A DNA stretch of 64,000 bases from Candidatus Thorarchaeota archaeon (GCA_046482545.1 JAWOEX010000035.1:1-64000); one strand, 5' to 3'. Counted from the stretch's first letter, positions 38,366-49,318 are shown. Notes: generated by a model not told the origin, from the letters alone. A program made the numbers and translations.

Positions 38366-39817
38366 ATGGCTGAAAAAGTGAGAATCAGAGGAATCTACTC
38401 ACAATCATTAGCTCAAATCCTTCTACAGAATCACTTTGAAATAGTACAGCCTTCCCCTGATGTCGCTAGGCGTTTTGGACTTCCGTTTAGAGATGATATA
38501 CCTGATATCGATATCTGGGACAGAAGTGACCTCCAAGGTATTGTTGCTATAGCATACGAGTCCCTACTCAACAAGCTTGCACATGTACTTCGGAGAAGAC
38601 TTGGCTGGATAATCACACGTACTCCTAGAGTGGCCAAGAGCTCGATATACAAAGGTAAGGTGGTAGGAAAGGACAGACGAACAGGACAAATGAAAGTGGA
38701 CTTGGGTAAAATGTGCGGATTGTTACCAGAAAAGGGAATCAAGCCAGATTCATTCAAGATGGTCCAAGTTAGGGCGCACGATTATGGCCGAAAATCGCCG
38801 GTGCTATCAACCAATATTACTGTACCAGGTAAGGTTGCGGTCCTACTCCCTGAACCAGTTGTGCGGATTAGTACCAAAATCAAGGACGAGAAGAAACGTC
38901 GTTATTTGACAGCGCTTGGTAAGCAGCTGCGACAACATACGGAAGGATGGGGCATCCTCTGGAGGACAGCAGCAGCAAAACTAACTGAAAAGGAGCTTAG
39001 AGATGGCGTTGATGACCTTTTGGATGTCACACAAAGGATATATGCAGATTTCGAAGAGGTAGATGGTCCTGGACGTTTGTTTGAGGGAACAAGTAATGCC
39101 GATATAGAGTTCCCAGCTGAAGTAAAGAAGGCTCTTGACGAGACCCGGGGCAAAATTAGACCCACCATGAAACATCACCATTTCTACAAGAGCGCGAGTT
39201 ACGGTCCCCTAGTAGACTTCGGTGAATTAATCATCGAGGAGAGACCTGAAGAGCAAGACTACATGACATCAAAGCTGGAAAGAGTGGTATCAAGAGATAT
39301 GCCCAAGGTGAATGATTCCATAAATATTGAGCATGTCAAACTCGACGGGAGAAATATTGTTCTATCTCGGGGGATAGTAACAGAAGTCAATACTGGAAGT
39401 TTAACAGTACGCCGGAAGTTTAGATACACTAATCGGAAGTTAAAACTAAATCGGAATCATTCAGAAGACGTAGATGTGTCGTGTACAGAAGGCGATTATG
39501 CTGTTACCAAAGTAGTCCCCGGAGCACAGACTCTAGTTACGAAGTATTATTCGCGTAATGGCAGATTGAAGGGAGCCTATGTAAATCTCAACACCGCTGT
39601 CGAGGTATATCCGAGCAGCAGTGACGATCCAAGTCGGGTTCGTTACATAGATTTAGAGATTGATATTGTGAATCCGATTCAAAGCAAGGCAAGGATAATA
39701 GACCAACATCTCCTCAAGCGGGCTGTTGAAAGGGGGTTCATTACGCAGAAGATGGCTGCAAAGGTAGAAAGAAAGGCTAGAATAATATTTGAAGGTATGA
39801 AGAAGAGCAAAGAATAA
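38366..39817 (+). CDS. aubA: FAU-1/AubA RNA-binding ribonuclease (RNase E/G-like plus DUF402)
   Basis: VRIRGIYS..L, WGILWRTAA, HHFYKS, YVNLNT.VE, YIDLEIDIV. Confidence 0.88.
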   Translation: MAEKVRIRGIYSQSLAQILLQNHFEIVQPSPDVARRFGLPFRDDIPDIDIWDRSDLQGIVAIAYESLLNKLAHVLRRRLGWIITRTPRVAKSSIYKGKVVGKDRRTGQMKVDLGKMCGLLPEKGIKPDSFKMVQVRAHDYGRKSPVLSTNITVPGKVAVLLPEPVVRISTKIKDEKKRRYLTALGKQLRQHTEGWGILWRTAAAKLTEKELRDGVDDLLDVTQRIYADFEEVDGPGRLFEGTSNADIEFPAEVKKALDETRGKIRPTMKHHHFYKSASYGPLVDFGELIIEERPEEQDYMTSKLERVVSRDMPKVNDSINIEHVKLDGRNIVLSRGIVTEVNTGSLTVRRKFRYTNRKLKLNRNHSEDVDVSCTEGDYAVTKVVPGAQTLVTKYYSRNGRLKGAYVNLNTAVEVYPSSSDDPSRVRYIDLEIDIVNPIQSKARIIDQHLLKRAVERGFITQKMAAKVERKARIIFEGMKKSKE

Positions 39818-39836
39818 CGGAATTGTACAGATATTA

Positions 39837-40076
39837 TCATTCTATCTGTTCGGTCGTCCTTAAAGAAAGATCAACAGCACCCATCAAATCCTCAAACGTG
39901 TATCGTAAGCTGTCAATACCTCTGCTGCAATCAATCGAAAAATGAACTGAAGTCTCCTTATATATTGATTCAATACTCAAGCCTGAAGGAAGAGGTTCAT
40001 TATCGGGGCGAACAGCATTGAGAGTCCTCTGAGCTGCTTCAGTATTCGCAAACTCAAGATGTATTTCCAATTTCAT
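39837..40076 (-). CDS. pcc1: KEOPS subunit Pcc1
   Basis: AVRPDN...SLRYTFEDL; conserved context after the DHH gene and rps15. Confidence 0.85.
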   Translation of the reverse strand: MKLEIHLEFANTEAAQRTLNAVRPDNEPLPSGLSIESIYKETSVHFSIDCSRGIDSLRYTFEDLMGAVDLSLRTTEQIE

Positions 40077-41379
40077 TATGTAACAACTCGGCGATTTGTG
40101 AGGGGTCCACTCCGCCAAATAGTCGGAGTGAATATGGAGAGGTAGACTTGATTCTAAATTTCACATCTCTTAATGTCGCAAGGATTGCGTTTAACGTGTA
40201 TACCTCCCTATCCCATACCAATTCTGTATGGCAATCAGAGACTAATAGCAAAAAATGGTTCGGTTCGAATAGACCAGCATCAAAGGCAATGCGTCCAATG
40301 TCAGCCAACACGGTCGGCTCTACGCCCAAGTCTCGGACAATCACACAATTATCTTTGGATTCCAGCTTCCCTTCATCCGCTTTTTTTGTGAGCAAATGAA
40401 AACCACTAGTCGTGGTCTTGCAAATTTCGATATGAGACTCTATGAGAGAATGAAGAAGACGCGAGCGATCCCCGATACAAACGGATGCAGCAATGCCAAG
40501 CTCAAGAATCTTCCAGCAGGTCTTCAGTAGTGGAAGAAGTGAAGATATGAACCGAACAGGTGTATCTTCATCCTCGTGTAGAAAGATATAGTCTTTACCA
40601 AATGCCTCTTTGATGAATTTCAAGGGCAAATTACGAATAAGAATCTCGTTTATTCTCTCTTTCTCATCATTAGAAAGGGATATTATGGGTTCGCCACGTT
40701 TGGAGAGTGGAATATTGGCATCTGCTATAAGCTTCTCACAGGATTCTGCAACACCAGTTAAACCTGGCAAATAGGGATAGATACTGTATTGTAGAATATC
40801 TCTTGCTGAAAGATGATTAATGCCAAAAAGCCTCAGACCCTTTCTTTGTTCTAAAATGCCCTCATCGAGAGCAATCTGAAGAATCTTATTACTCTTAGTG
40901 GAAGGAGTCAAGTCCCTCCATTTCTGTACCAAGGCTACGGCAGCTGCAAGCTGTATATGCCAACGGTTGAGAGATACAATCTTATCTGCAAAAGCGCAAG
41001 AAACAGACGCGAGAGACTCAATGGAGCCCAAGCATTTGGATGAGAAGTCTGATGATGTATCACATCCTAGGAAAATATATCGGCAATCAGAATCCCCTAG
41101 TGAACCATGGATTTCAGTCCCCATAACAACTGTGAGTGATGCCCCTAGTTCTTGAGATATATCTGCAATAGAAGTAACATCTGAAATGGGCTCAGCATAA
41201 GTCAATGTAAAAGGCGTATGATTCTTCAAGTATGACCTACAAATTAGAGATGATGCGATGATGGACTCTGGGCGCGGAGAGGTAATGATTAAAGTTGTTT
41301 CATTACCACTAAGGTCTAAATCCGCCCATAAATCATCTAATTGTTCCGTGCTGAAATAGCCATCAGAGTAGTCAATCAT
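40054..41379 (-). CDS. Degenerate DHH/RecJ-like protein
   Basis: Located between rps15 and pcc1; family-typical YS.YPYLPGLTG and S.CIGDR motifs, but no DxD or DHH catalytic motifs. Confidence 0.75.
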   Translation of the reverse strand: MIDYSDGYFSTEQLDDLWADLDLSGNETTLIITSPRPESIIASSLICRSYLKNHTPFTLTYAEPISDVTSIADISQELGASLTVVMGTEIHGSLGDSDCRYIFLGCDTSSDFSSKCLGSIESLASVSCAFADKIVSLNRWHIQLAAAVALVQKWRDLTPSTKSNKILQIALDEGILEQRKGLRLFGINHLSARDILQYSIYPYLPGLTGVAESCEKLIADANIPLSKRGEPIISLSNDEKERINEILIRNLPLKFIKEAFGKDYIFLHEDEDTPVRFISSLLPLLKTCWKILELGIAASVCIGDRSRLLHSLIESHIEICKTTTSGFHLLTKKADEGKLESKDNCVIVRDLGVEPTVLADIGRIAFDAGLFEPNHFLLLVSDCHTELVWDREVYTLNAILATLRDVKFRIKSTSPYSLRLFGGVDPSQIAELLHNEIGNTS

Positions 41380-41413
41380 TTCAGACGAATTGATGATACG
41401 TGGTGTGATAAGG

Positions 41414-41875
41414 CTAGCGCAACAGAACGGCCGCCTTTTCAGGGGAGTATTTCCAGTCTGAAGGTAACACACTCTTCTTTTTATAATATTTCGAGAGCCG
41501 ATGAATCTTACTCTCTGTCAGCTGTAGATTGCGTTTCGCTACATTGTCCCGTTTGTTATCTTCAAGATGCCTGTGGATTGAAGCTGCCTTTGCTATCAGA
41601 TTGCGAAGATCCTCTGGAACATCGTGTGTCAAGTCGTTCTCTTCTAATATCGCGGTGATTTTATTTCCGGTTATGACCTTCACCAAGGGGATACCATACT
41701 GATCTCTGAGAATTACCCCTATCATAGATGGGGAGTTGCCAGCTTTAGCCAATTCGACAATCTTGTCTTCGACCCATTCTGCGTCTTTATTTTCATTCAA
41801 CCATTCAGGAACACGCAGAGTGGATGGGCGCTTGCTCGCAGATTGCCCTTTTCGCCTTGTGTGCATCCTTGCCAT
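41414..41875 (-). CDS. rps15: 30S ribosomal protein uS15
   Basis: MARMHTRRKGQS, SMIGVILRDQYGIP, ESKIHRLSKYYK. Confidence 0.97.
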   Translation of the reverse strand: MARMHTRRKGQSASKRPSTLRVPEWLNENKDAEWVEDKIVELAKAGNSPSMIGVILRDQYGIPLVKVITGNKITAILEENDLTHDVPEDLRNLIAKAASIHRHLEDNKRDNVAKRNLQLTESKIHRLSKYYKKKSVLPSDWKYSPEKAAVLLR

Positions 41876-42006
41876 AGTAGTTTCCTCTGAGTCAGTCAAT
41901 TCCCAAAAACGGGTCTGGTAATTCCTCTTGGAGACAGATATAAACCTTCTCTTGTACACGGGAGTTTTTGTAGGATAGGTGGTTAGATGGATGAAAATTT
42001 GAGGGT

Positions 42007-42636
42007 TTAGTGGTATCTTCCACGTTCCCTAATACTCCTCGCCCTAGAGAAGACTTTGCTAGACTGGGCGCCTACAGCCTGACTGTAGCCATCCATTGTG
42101 GCCTTGAACATAAAATCTTGGCAATTCCAATGTGTTGTTTCAAGTGCACGCCTGATAAGATGGAGATCCACCCCCTTCATTTCAATAGTGGCATTCTTTT
42201 CTGCAAGCCCAAAATCAACAAACCATATTTTGAACGTAGAATCTACAATAATATTGCTAGTTGTTGGGTCTCCATGAACCACATTTGCTCTATGCATCAT
42301 CCCCATGAAGTATCCAAATGTTCCGCATAAAGATGCTAGTTTCTTGCTGGATAGATTTCCTACGAGCTCTTTGAGCTGTTGCCCTTCAATATAGTCCATT
42401 ATTATACTATGATTTGCTATGTCTATGGAATATACAGCAGGTGTGGGTACACCTAATTGGCGAACGTAGGTCAACATCTTACATTCTCTAGAGGTTCGCC
42501 TAGAGCGAAGGGTTCTATCAATCTCGGGCAGAAGATACCCTTTCTCTGGTCGAGATTTCATTACAAGTGTCTTACCCCATTTTCTGATTTTATAGACGCA
42601 CGATTCTGCTCCCCGGGCTATAATTTCCTTTGTCAT
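42007..42636 (-). CDS. bud32: KEOPS kinase Bud32
   Basis: GAES, HGDPTTSN, VDFGL, RERGRY. Confidence 0.95.
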   Translation of the reverse strand: MTKEIIARGAESCVYKIRKWGKTLVMKSRPEKGYLLPEIDRTLRSRRTSRECKMLTYVRQLGVPTPAVYSIDIANHSIIMDYIEGQQLKELVGNLSSKKLASLCGTFGYFMGMMHRANVVHGDPTTSNIIVDSTFKIWFVDFGLAEKNATIEMKGVDLHLIRRALETTHWNCQDFMFKATMDGYSQAVGAQSSKVFSRARSIRERGRYH

Positions 42637-43632
42637 TTAATCCTCCCTCCGCCACATTATATCCTGTTCGTCAGTTCGCCATCGGGGAAGAACTTGAGAT
42701 TCTCTTACCCTGAGCCTATCTCCAGCAAGATGTTGCAGTATACCCGTCCAAGCAATCATGGCCCCTTGGTCCCCGGCAAGTGATTTGGATACTCTATAGA
42801 AATCTATGTCATGCCGTTCTGAAACACCTCTAAGAATTGATGTTAGCCGTTCATTCCTAGCAACACCACCTGTGAGCAGAAGCTCCTGTTTCTTGGTGTG
42901 TGCTATAGCTCGCTCAGCAATTTCTGCAATCATTCCGAAGGATGTTTCTTGTACACTGAAGCAGATATCATTCATAGCGACATTTTCGGTGTGCAATCTT
43001 GTTGCAGCTGTCAGCATACCGGAATAACTCACATCCATGCCCTTTACTGAATAAGGGAGTTCGTAGTATGATAATCCATCTCTCGCGTAAGTCTCAATAG
43101 TTGGGCCGGCTGGAAATTTCATGCCCATCTCGCGGCCAAGAGTATCAAGCATATTACCCAAGGCTATGTCTAGGGTCTCGCCAAAGGTTCTATACCTACC
43201 ACCAGCATAGGCAATGACCTGTGTGTTCCCTCCGGAAACATACACTGTTACGGGATCTTCGAAACCAGATTCCAGACATCCAATCTCAATATGAGCAACA
43301 CAATGATTCACTCCAACTAGAGGAACATCAAGGCTAAGAGCTAGCGTTCTGGCCATAGTTGCTGTTGTCCTCAAGCAAGGACCCAATCCAGGGCCTCTTG
43401 AGAAAGCAACCATATCAATATCAGCGGGTCGTTTCGCAGCTCTCTTTAAGGCTTTAGCAATCAATCCGGGGCCTACGCGAGAGTGATGCCTACTGGCTTT
43501 TCGAGGGTGTATGCCGCCTTTTTCGGGAGTAAGCATATCCCATTCATTCGATAAGACTTGTCCGTCATCAGAGACAACTCCTGCACCGAATGAATGTGCA
43601 GTGCCCTCTAAACCAAGACACACTATAGGCAT
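42637..43632 (-). CDS. kae1: t6A synthesis protein Kae1
   Basis: EGTAH, GPGLGPCLR, NHCVAHIE, YVSGGNTQ, DQGAMIA. Confidence 0.97.
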   Translation of the reverse strand: MPIVCLGLEGTAHSFGAGVVSDDGQVLSNEWDMLTPEKGGIHPRKASRHHSRVGPGLIAKALKRAAKRPADIDMVAFSRGPGLGPCLRTTATMARTLALSLDVPLVGVNHCVAHIEIGCLESGFEDPVTVYVSGGNTQVIAYAGGRYRTFGETLDIALGNMLDTLGREMGMKFPAGPTIETYARDGLSYYELPYSVKGMDVSYSGMLTAATRLHTENVAMNDICFSVQETSFGMIAEIAERAIAHTKKQELLLTGGVARNERLTSILRGVSERHDIDFYRVSKSLAGDQGAMIAWTGILQHLAGDRLRVRESQVLPRWRTDEQDIMWRRED

Positions 43633-43926
43633 CGAATCATCTCTCGAATATCAGCACAATTTTTCAATCTTAAAGATTGAGTAGTGTTGAAATAGGCAGG
43701 CGTCATTATCCAAACATGTAGTTATAGCTATGCGGAATAAGTCATACCAAGATATCGGAATGATTCATGTTTTTTGTTTCTGATTTTCAGAATCTGTGCC
43801 ATTGAACAGCAAATTGATAACTCATGTGAGTTTCTCACAACAATTTTGCCAACTTTTTCCACAGAGACTGTAGTTACAAAGAGTTTATATCATCCTCATT
43901 GAGCCACTGCAACGAGGAGAAAATCG

Positions 43927-44157
43927 GTGCCCCAAGAGCAGAAGCCAATACGGATTCTACAACAGTCAATGAATACGATTATCTCTGTAAAGCTAAAGGA
44001 TGAAAGAATTTTCAGAGGGCGCCTTAATACATGCGATCCATACATGAATATGACGCTTACATCAGCCGAAGAACTTGAGGGGAAAGAAGTCAAAGCAAAA
44101 TACGGGCAAGTATTGATACGTGGTAATAATATTCTATGGATTCAGCTTGATGAATGA
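43927..44157 (+). CDS. Sm-like archaeal protein (Lsm/SmAP)
   Basis: GRL...DPYMNMTL (Sm1) and IRGNNI (Sm2). Confidence 0.93.
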   Translation: MPQEQKPIRILQQSMNTIISVKLKDERIFRGRLNTCDPYMNMTLTSAEELEGKEVKAKYGQVLIRGNNILWIQLDE

Positions 44158-44165
44158 AAGTTAGC

Positions 44166-46193
44166 TTAGTGGGAGGATTCTCTGCGATACCGTTCTACCA
44201 ATTCAACTAGCCGGTCTTCACGTTTCTGTCTGGCTTTCTCGTGAACATCTTTCTTGAAGTTTGCCATGTTCCTTTCAAATCTGCTACGATCAATAAACGC
44301 AAACTCATCTACACGTCTCAGCTTAACTTCGTCAGCTCTAATGACTGGAATTTCAGCTTCAATTAGTTCATTCTCAGCCAAATGTGATAGCGGTGTATCT
44401 ATAATAACAGCACGAATACCTTTTTCAGCCAATATATGAGCTGTTTGGGGGCCTGCACCAGAGGCATCATCAAAGAGAAGTACATCACCACTTTTGAGAG
44501 GGGCTACCTCCTTGACATAGTTTTGAATGCTCTCCTGCGTGAATTTCTCAATTCTCTTGACAGCGAGCATATCCCCGCGCATTTCAAGCCGCTTAACCCC
44601 TCTAAGCTTAGAGAGCAGGTCCTCGAGGTCCTGAATCTTCTCCTCTAGTTTGTGAGTTCGCTGTCTTGACCGCTTAATTTCGGAGCTCTTTTTGGCAATC
44701 TTTCTATCCCGCCTGACCTTCCAGTAGTTTTGTTTGCTGATGATGTCAAGGCTGTGAGATAGCTCATTCTCCTTGAATCGAAGAAAATCTACTAAGCTCT
44801 TCAAATCTTCGACCCTTTGTTCAAGACTTTCGTTTTCGTCTTTGAGTTCCTTATAGCGTTCCCTGAGAGAGTCAAGGGTTTCTTCAGGCATCTGTTCGAT
44901 TTCTTGAGACTCTGGGGGGGCTTCTTCTTCAGCTTTTTCTTTTGTAAGCCTTGCAATTGCCTCATTCATAGGAGTTCCGCGAATGACCATTGCTTTCAGA
45001 TGGTCTCGGTCTACCTCTAGACGCTCATCTCTTACCTTGCGATCAATCTGCCGCAACTTCGGAATTATGCTTCGATATGCAAATACAGCCGCCGTTAGAG
45101 CATCTCTTTCGTGAGCATTACTGATGTTCACGCCGTCACCAAATTCCCGGGCTATTTCGTTCTTTTCAGCGACGGGGATATTGCTGTTTGGAGTGAACAA
45201 GTCTGCGTTCACTGTGCTGGATATTTTCTTCACCATGTTTGGTACAGGCGTAACATCACTTGCAACCATTACCGGCGTTCCTTTGGAGTAGACCATTCTG
45301 ATAATATCAGCCCGCGTTAGGGCCTTTTTACTATCAAGAAAATGAACCTTTCCTCGCAAGGTCAATAAGCAGATTGCGGCAGTTGTGCCTGGATCAACCC
45401 CCAATATGAAATACTGAGTTTTTGCTTCTTTGGGAGCTGGCTGTGGTTCAAGCGGCACGAATTCAGTCTGTTTGCGGATTGGGGCTACGAGTACTTTGAA
45501 ATCACCACTATGTTTTGAATCAACGATGCCGCGAACAACGTGCAACGGTGCGTATGCGACTATTCTTGAACTCGCATATCCGAAATCAGCCTCTCTTATG
45601 CTAATGTCATATTCGATTTCAGATTTCGTGAGGTTGGACTCGATTTCCCGCGTCATTTGCTGAATCATCGACTGTACTCTTCGCCTGAATCGGTTGGCAC
45701 TCTGTCCACCCCTTCCGGGTCTGCGTCCCCTCACAACTTGGATTTCTGTCTGCGCACTAAAACACTCTAAGCTGTACCCAACTCCCTGTGTTGCTAGTTG
45801 AGCAGAAATCCTAGCTGCCTCTAATGGAGACGGCTTCCCAGAAAGGGGTATGTCGTGCTGCCTTGCTAATCGTTGCAGTGTCACTTGACGAGGTGGTACT
45901 CCCGTAACTTGAATCAATTTGGTCGAAGGAGGAAGATCTTCTATCAGATATATGACGGATTTGCTGTCAGGTATAATTTCAAATATATTGTCAGTGCAAA
46001 GCCATTTAGGACGGATTTCATTAACCAGATTCAGCATTGAACGGCGTGATATCTCCTCATACTCATTCAGTACTGTGCCCTCTCTCATGATGACACATGC
46101 ATATTTGGCTGGAGTTCGGGAACGAGGGCTGTGAAATGGAAGGATATCAAAGCCCATAACGAACTCGCTCTCAGTATCCATGTACTTTCGCAC
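44166..46193 (-). CDS. DUF460 family protein (RNase H-like fold plus coiled-coil)
   Basis: MGFDI, TDNIFE, GRGGQSANRFRR, LGVDPGTT, HERDALTAA. Confidence 0.85.
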   Translation of the reverse strand: MRKYMDTESEFVMGFDILPFHSPRSRTPAKYACVIMREGTVLNEYEEISRRSMLNLVNEIRPKWLCTDNIFEIIPDSKSVIYLIEDLPPSTKLIQVTGVPPRQVTLQRLARQHDIPLSGKPSPLEAARISAQLATQGVGYSLECFSAQTEIQVVRGRRPGRGGQSANRFRRRVQSMIQQMTREIESNLTKSEIEYDISIREADFGYASSRIVAYAPLHVVRGIVDSKHSGDFKVLVAPIRKQTEFVPLEPQPAPKEAKTQYFILGVDPGTTAAICLLTLRGKVHFLDSKKALTRADIIRMVYSKGTPVMVASDVTPVPNMVKKISSTVNADLFTPNSNIPVAEKNEIAREFGDGVNISNAHERDALTAAVFAYRSIIPKLRQIDRKVRDERLEVDRDHLKAMVIRGTPMNEAIARLTKEKAEEEAPPESQEIEQMPEETLDSLRERYKELKDENESLEQRVEDLKSLVDFLRFKENELSHSLDIISKQNYWKVRRDRKIAKKSSEIKRSRQRTHKLEEKIQDLEDLLSKLRGVKRLEMRGDMLAVKRIEKFTQESIQNYVKEVAPLKSGDVLLFDDASGAGPQTAHILAEKGIRAVIIDTPLSHLAENELIEAEIPVIRADEVKLRRVDEFAFIDRSRFERNMANFKKDVHEKARQKREDRLVELVERYRRESSH

Positions 46194-46330
46194 TCAGTAT
46201 ATTCCTTGATTGTTTGCTATAAAGGCTTAACATGACTTCATAGGTGTACTCAAAGATGTTGCCTTCACAAACAACAACTATAATAAAGTGAGGTTTAAAC
46301 AACTTGCCAGATTCACATGAGGTGCGATAA

Positions 46331-46615
46331 GTGCCAGAAACACTAGAAATAACCGACGACGATGATATCCTAAGAATAGCGAGCGCACTTTCTTCAGGCA
46401 CACGCCTAGAAATACTGCAGTTTCTGTTGCAAAAAGAACAAGATGTTACAAGGGTTGCAAAACATCTCAGCGGTACGGAAGCCAATGCAAGCGCACAGAT
46501 AAAAATCCTGCAAGAAGCCGGTCTTCTAGATTACCGTCATGAACCTGGACAACATGGCCTAAAGAAAATCTCTTGGACATCTGTTGATGAAATCGTGATT
46601 GATTTGACTCCCTGA
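46331..46615 (+). CDS. ArsR-family HTH regulator
   Basis: SALSSGTRLEIL...EANASAQIKILQEAGL. Confidence 0.85.
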   Translation: MPETLEITDDDDILRIASALSSGTRLEILQFLLQKEQDVTRVAKHLSGTEANASAQIKILQEAGLLDYRHEPGQHGLKKISWTSVDEIVIDLTP

Positions 46616-46644
46616 ATGCGGCGATTGCTCAACGTGATTCATTG

Positions 46645-48171
46645 TTACCGATCTGCTTCTCGGACAGCATCTATAAGATTGGTGATTTTTCCCGTCGGGT
46701 CGAAATGGCGTTGTCTTATCTTTACAAAAGTTGGGACACTAACAACCTCGCCAACCATTAGAGACTCTCCAACTTCCAAGGAGGTTATTGCATCAAGAGA
46801 AGCTCGGTCAATGCCTTCGCTAGTGCGCCCAATATGATCGAGGTCATACGGATTGCTGCATCTGAAAATCGCCTGATTGGTACATTGACTGAGAACGGTC
46901 GTTGACAGTTTAACAGGCCGCTGAGAGATGAGACAGAGAAGTGCGAAGAATTTGCGTCCTTCCCGTGCGATTGTCTCTATTCGATCTTTTGGAATCGCTA
47001 TTTCTTTGCGGCTTTCAGGACAAAACTGATGAGCTTCTTCCAAGACCAGCAAGAAGGGAGGTATCCTGCCGGAACGTCTAAGATAGAGCAGCTGATTGGC
47101 TAGGTAGGATACAAGGATTTGCTTCTTCTTCAGACTTACAAAATCACTGAGGTCAATCAGGAGAAGTTTGCCGGGGCGAATGACCGTCTCGATTTTGGGA
47201 GTGGGTTCTTTGCCGAAGAGAGCGGTCTCATCCAGATTAAGTAGCCAGCCAATAAGTGCCTCTTTTGTGTTCGTATTGATATTATTGTCTTCCCGCACTG
47301 TGGTAATGACATCGCTGAGTGTGTACCCTGTCCGTGAATGACTACGCATTTTGGAAATCACTTTGCGGAGTTCACGACGTTGAACAGAACTCATTCCAGC
47401 GATGAGAGCCGCAATAGCATCAGCACTCAGAGATACTACCGGAATTTGGAAGTGAGATGCTCTGATGTGTTCTACGTCAGGATCTAAATTTGGTTTGCCA
47501 AGGTCCGCCCCGTTCATTTCCTTCAGGTACGAATACTCACCATGTACATCAACGACCACGACGGCAAGCCTTCCCTCCTCTTTGGTTCGAGAAAGTAGCT
47601 CCTCTAGTAGTACCGAAACAAAGTATGATTTACCTGCTCCACTCATTGCCAAGATTGCCAGATGTTTTGATAAGAGACGGTTCATTGAAGGCGCGAACTT
47701 TAGATTATGATGCCCAAGGGTACCAAGATTGAGACCATTCTTTCTATCCAGTTTGAGAAAATCGTTTAGAATTTCTTCGTCAACCCTTGTCACACTGGCT
47801 CCTGGGGCGACCGCTGAATAGGGGCGAATTGTCCGGTTGTTAGACCAGAATCCAATCACCTGCGTTTCAGCGATTGTATATTGCCAACGATTGGTTGGAA
47901 ACATTGAGCGAAGCGATTGACCGCGTGATTGATACTCGCGTACAGCCTCTGCATGTTCAAAATAACGATTTGTTCGTACGAGGTCATGTACCCGAGCGAT
48001 TACAGTTACGCCTTCTTGTACAACAGAGGAGACAAATTCTCCCCGCCGGACAGAAGGTGTTTCATCCTCGAGAACGAAATCAAATGCATTAACACTAGGT
48101 CCATTGCTTGTGCAGACGACTGTTCCAAGTTTTGTGTTTATGGGAGTGTACTCCATTTCATGAACCACCAA
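46645..48171 (-). CDS. herA: HerA helicase/ATPase
   Basis: HAS barrel, HLAILAMSGAGKS, DVHGEY, LEEAHQF, REGRKF, SQRP. Confidence 0.92.
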   Translation of the reverse strand: MVVHEMEYTPINTKLGTVVCTSNGPSVNAFDFVLEDETPSVRRGEFVSSVVQEGVTVIARVHDLVRTNRYFEHAEAVREYQSRGQSLRSMFPTNRWQYTIAETQVIGFWSNNRTIRPYSAVAPGASVTRVDEEILNDFLKLDRKNGLNLGTLGHHNLKFAPSMNRLLSKHLAILAMSGAGKSYFVSVLLEELLSRTKEEGRLAVVVVDVHGEYSYLKEMNGADLGKPNLDPDVEHIRASHFQIPVVSLSADAIAALIAGMSSVQRRELRKVISKMRSHSRTGYTLSDVITTVREDNNINTNTKEALIGWLLNLDETALFGKEPTPKIETVIRPGKLLLIDLSDFVSLKKKQILVSYLANQLLYLRRSGRIPPFLLVLEEAHQFCPESRKEIAIPKDRIETIAREGRKFFALLCLISQRPVKLSTTVLSQCTNQAIFRCSNPYDLDHIGRTSEGIDRASLDAITSLEVGESLMVGEVVSVPTFVKIRQRHFDPTGKITNLIDAVREADR

Positions 48172-49318
48172 AAGGATTTCGAGATCGTCTTTTGTTTAGC
48201 GTTGAATAGGTAAGCCCTGATAGTGCAATGAGACGGTCAACTATCAAATCAGTTTCCGATTTACTTATTTTTGCCCGGGCATCGGCTTCTAGAATCGGCG
48301 TGGGAACACCATATTCAGGATGTTGCCATGAAAGCGGAAGAATAGCAGAGAGTGCTTTCTCCATCTTCTTCAAATCACCCTCTTCATCTAGGAGAATCTC
48401 AACCCGAATAGGGAGATCGTCTTTCGCTGTTTTTAGATATGTAATCCAAATCGAGGAAATCCAAGATGATAAGCCATCAGTCGCGCCTCGGGTATCATTT
48501 GCTAGTTCTGTGGAGAAGGGGAAGGCAAAGGTGCGTTCACCTTCCTCCAGAAAGGTATCAAGGATGTCACAATCTCTGGAGATTTTTAGCAACCATCTGT
48601 AGTCTACACCCTCCATAAGCTCGAAAAGAGTAGAATCCTTGAGAAGGTGAGGAAGAATTTCTCCGAGTATTCTGACAATCCGTATTGATCTACTATCTTT
48701 GATGATACCCAATAGAATTGTCCGTTTTTTGGTAACGTTATGAAATAACTGGCGATATAATGCAATAACTTCTTGAAATTTGGCATAAGCCATTGATTTC
48801 CGGTTTGGACGGTCCCGGGGATGAAAAACAAGAGAGCCGTCCATAAGCACAAGATCTGCATGATATTCCTCAATTAGGCCGATAGCAACCCTTAGTTCGC
48901 TCGCTATACGCTCAAGCGATGCAATTTGGTCAAGTTCCGATGTAGATATTTTCTGTGTGAGAGGTCTAACTTCTGGATTTGGGAATGGCTGAGGAAAATA
49001 TTCTACATTTGGTCCTTCTTCGAATCCAAATCCAAATACTACTCCAATACCTCGAGTGAATAGGAGATCCATTGAACGGAATCGTTTTCGTACTAACCCA
49101 CCATCAACCCCTGCAACTTTCAGACCTGAAAGGCGAGTTGGTTTTACTTTCTTGATTAGACTTGTTTCAGGTAGTCCGGCAGAAACTGAAGGAAATCTAG
49201 CTAAGTCAATGTCTTCTTTCATTCGACTCATAGCTGCCCCGAATCCCCTGCGAGTCGTCTCAACCCGCTCTATTTCCTCAACTAAATCGGCTAAAGCACG
49301 ATCAAGAGATTGATCCAT
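48158..49318 (-). CDS. nurA: NurA nuclease
   Basis: AGVDGG, LMDGSL, GIIKDS, YGVPTPILEAD; coupled to herA. Confidence 0.9.
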   Translation of the reverse strand: MDQSLDRALADLVEEIERVETTRRGFGAAMSRMKEDIDLARFPSVSAGLPETSLIKKVKPTRLSGLKVAGVDGGLVRKRFRSMDLLFTRGIGVVFGFGFEEGPNVEYFPQPFPNPEVRPLTQKISTSELDQIASLERIASELRVAIGLIEEYHADLVLMDGSLVFHPRDRPNRKSMAYAKFQEVIALYRQLFHNVTKKRTILLGIIKDSRSIRIVRILGEILPHLLKDSTLFELMEGVDYRWLLKISRDCDILDTFLEEGERTFAFPFSTELANDTRGATDGLSSWISSIWITYLKTAKDDLPIRVEILLDEEGDLKKMEKALSAILPLSWQHPEYGVPTPILEADARAKISKSETDLIVDRLIALSGLTYSTLNKRRSRNPFGGS

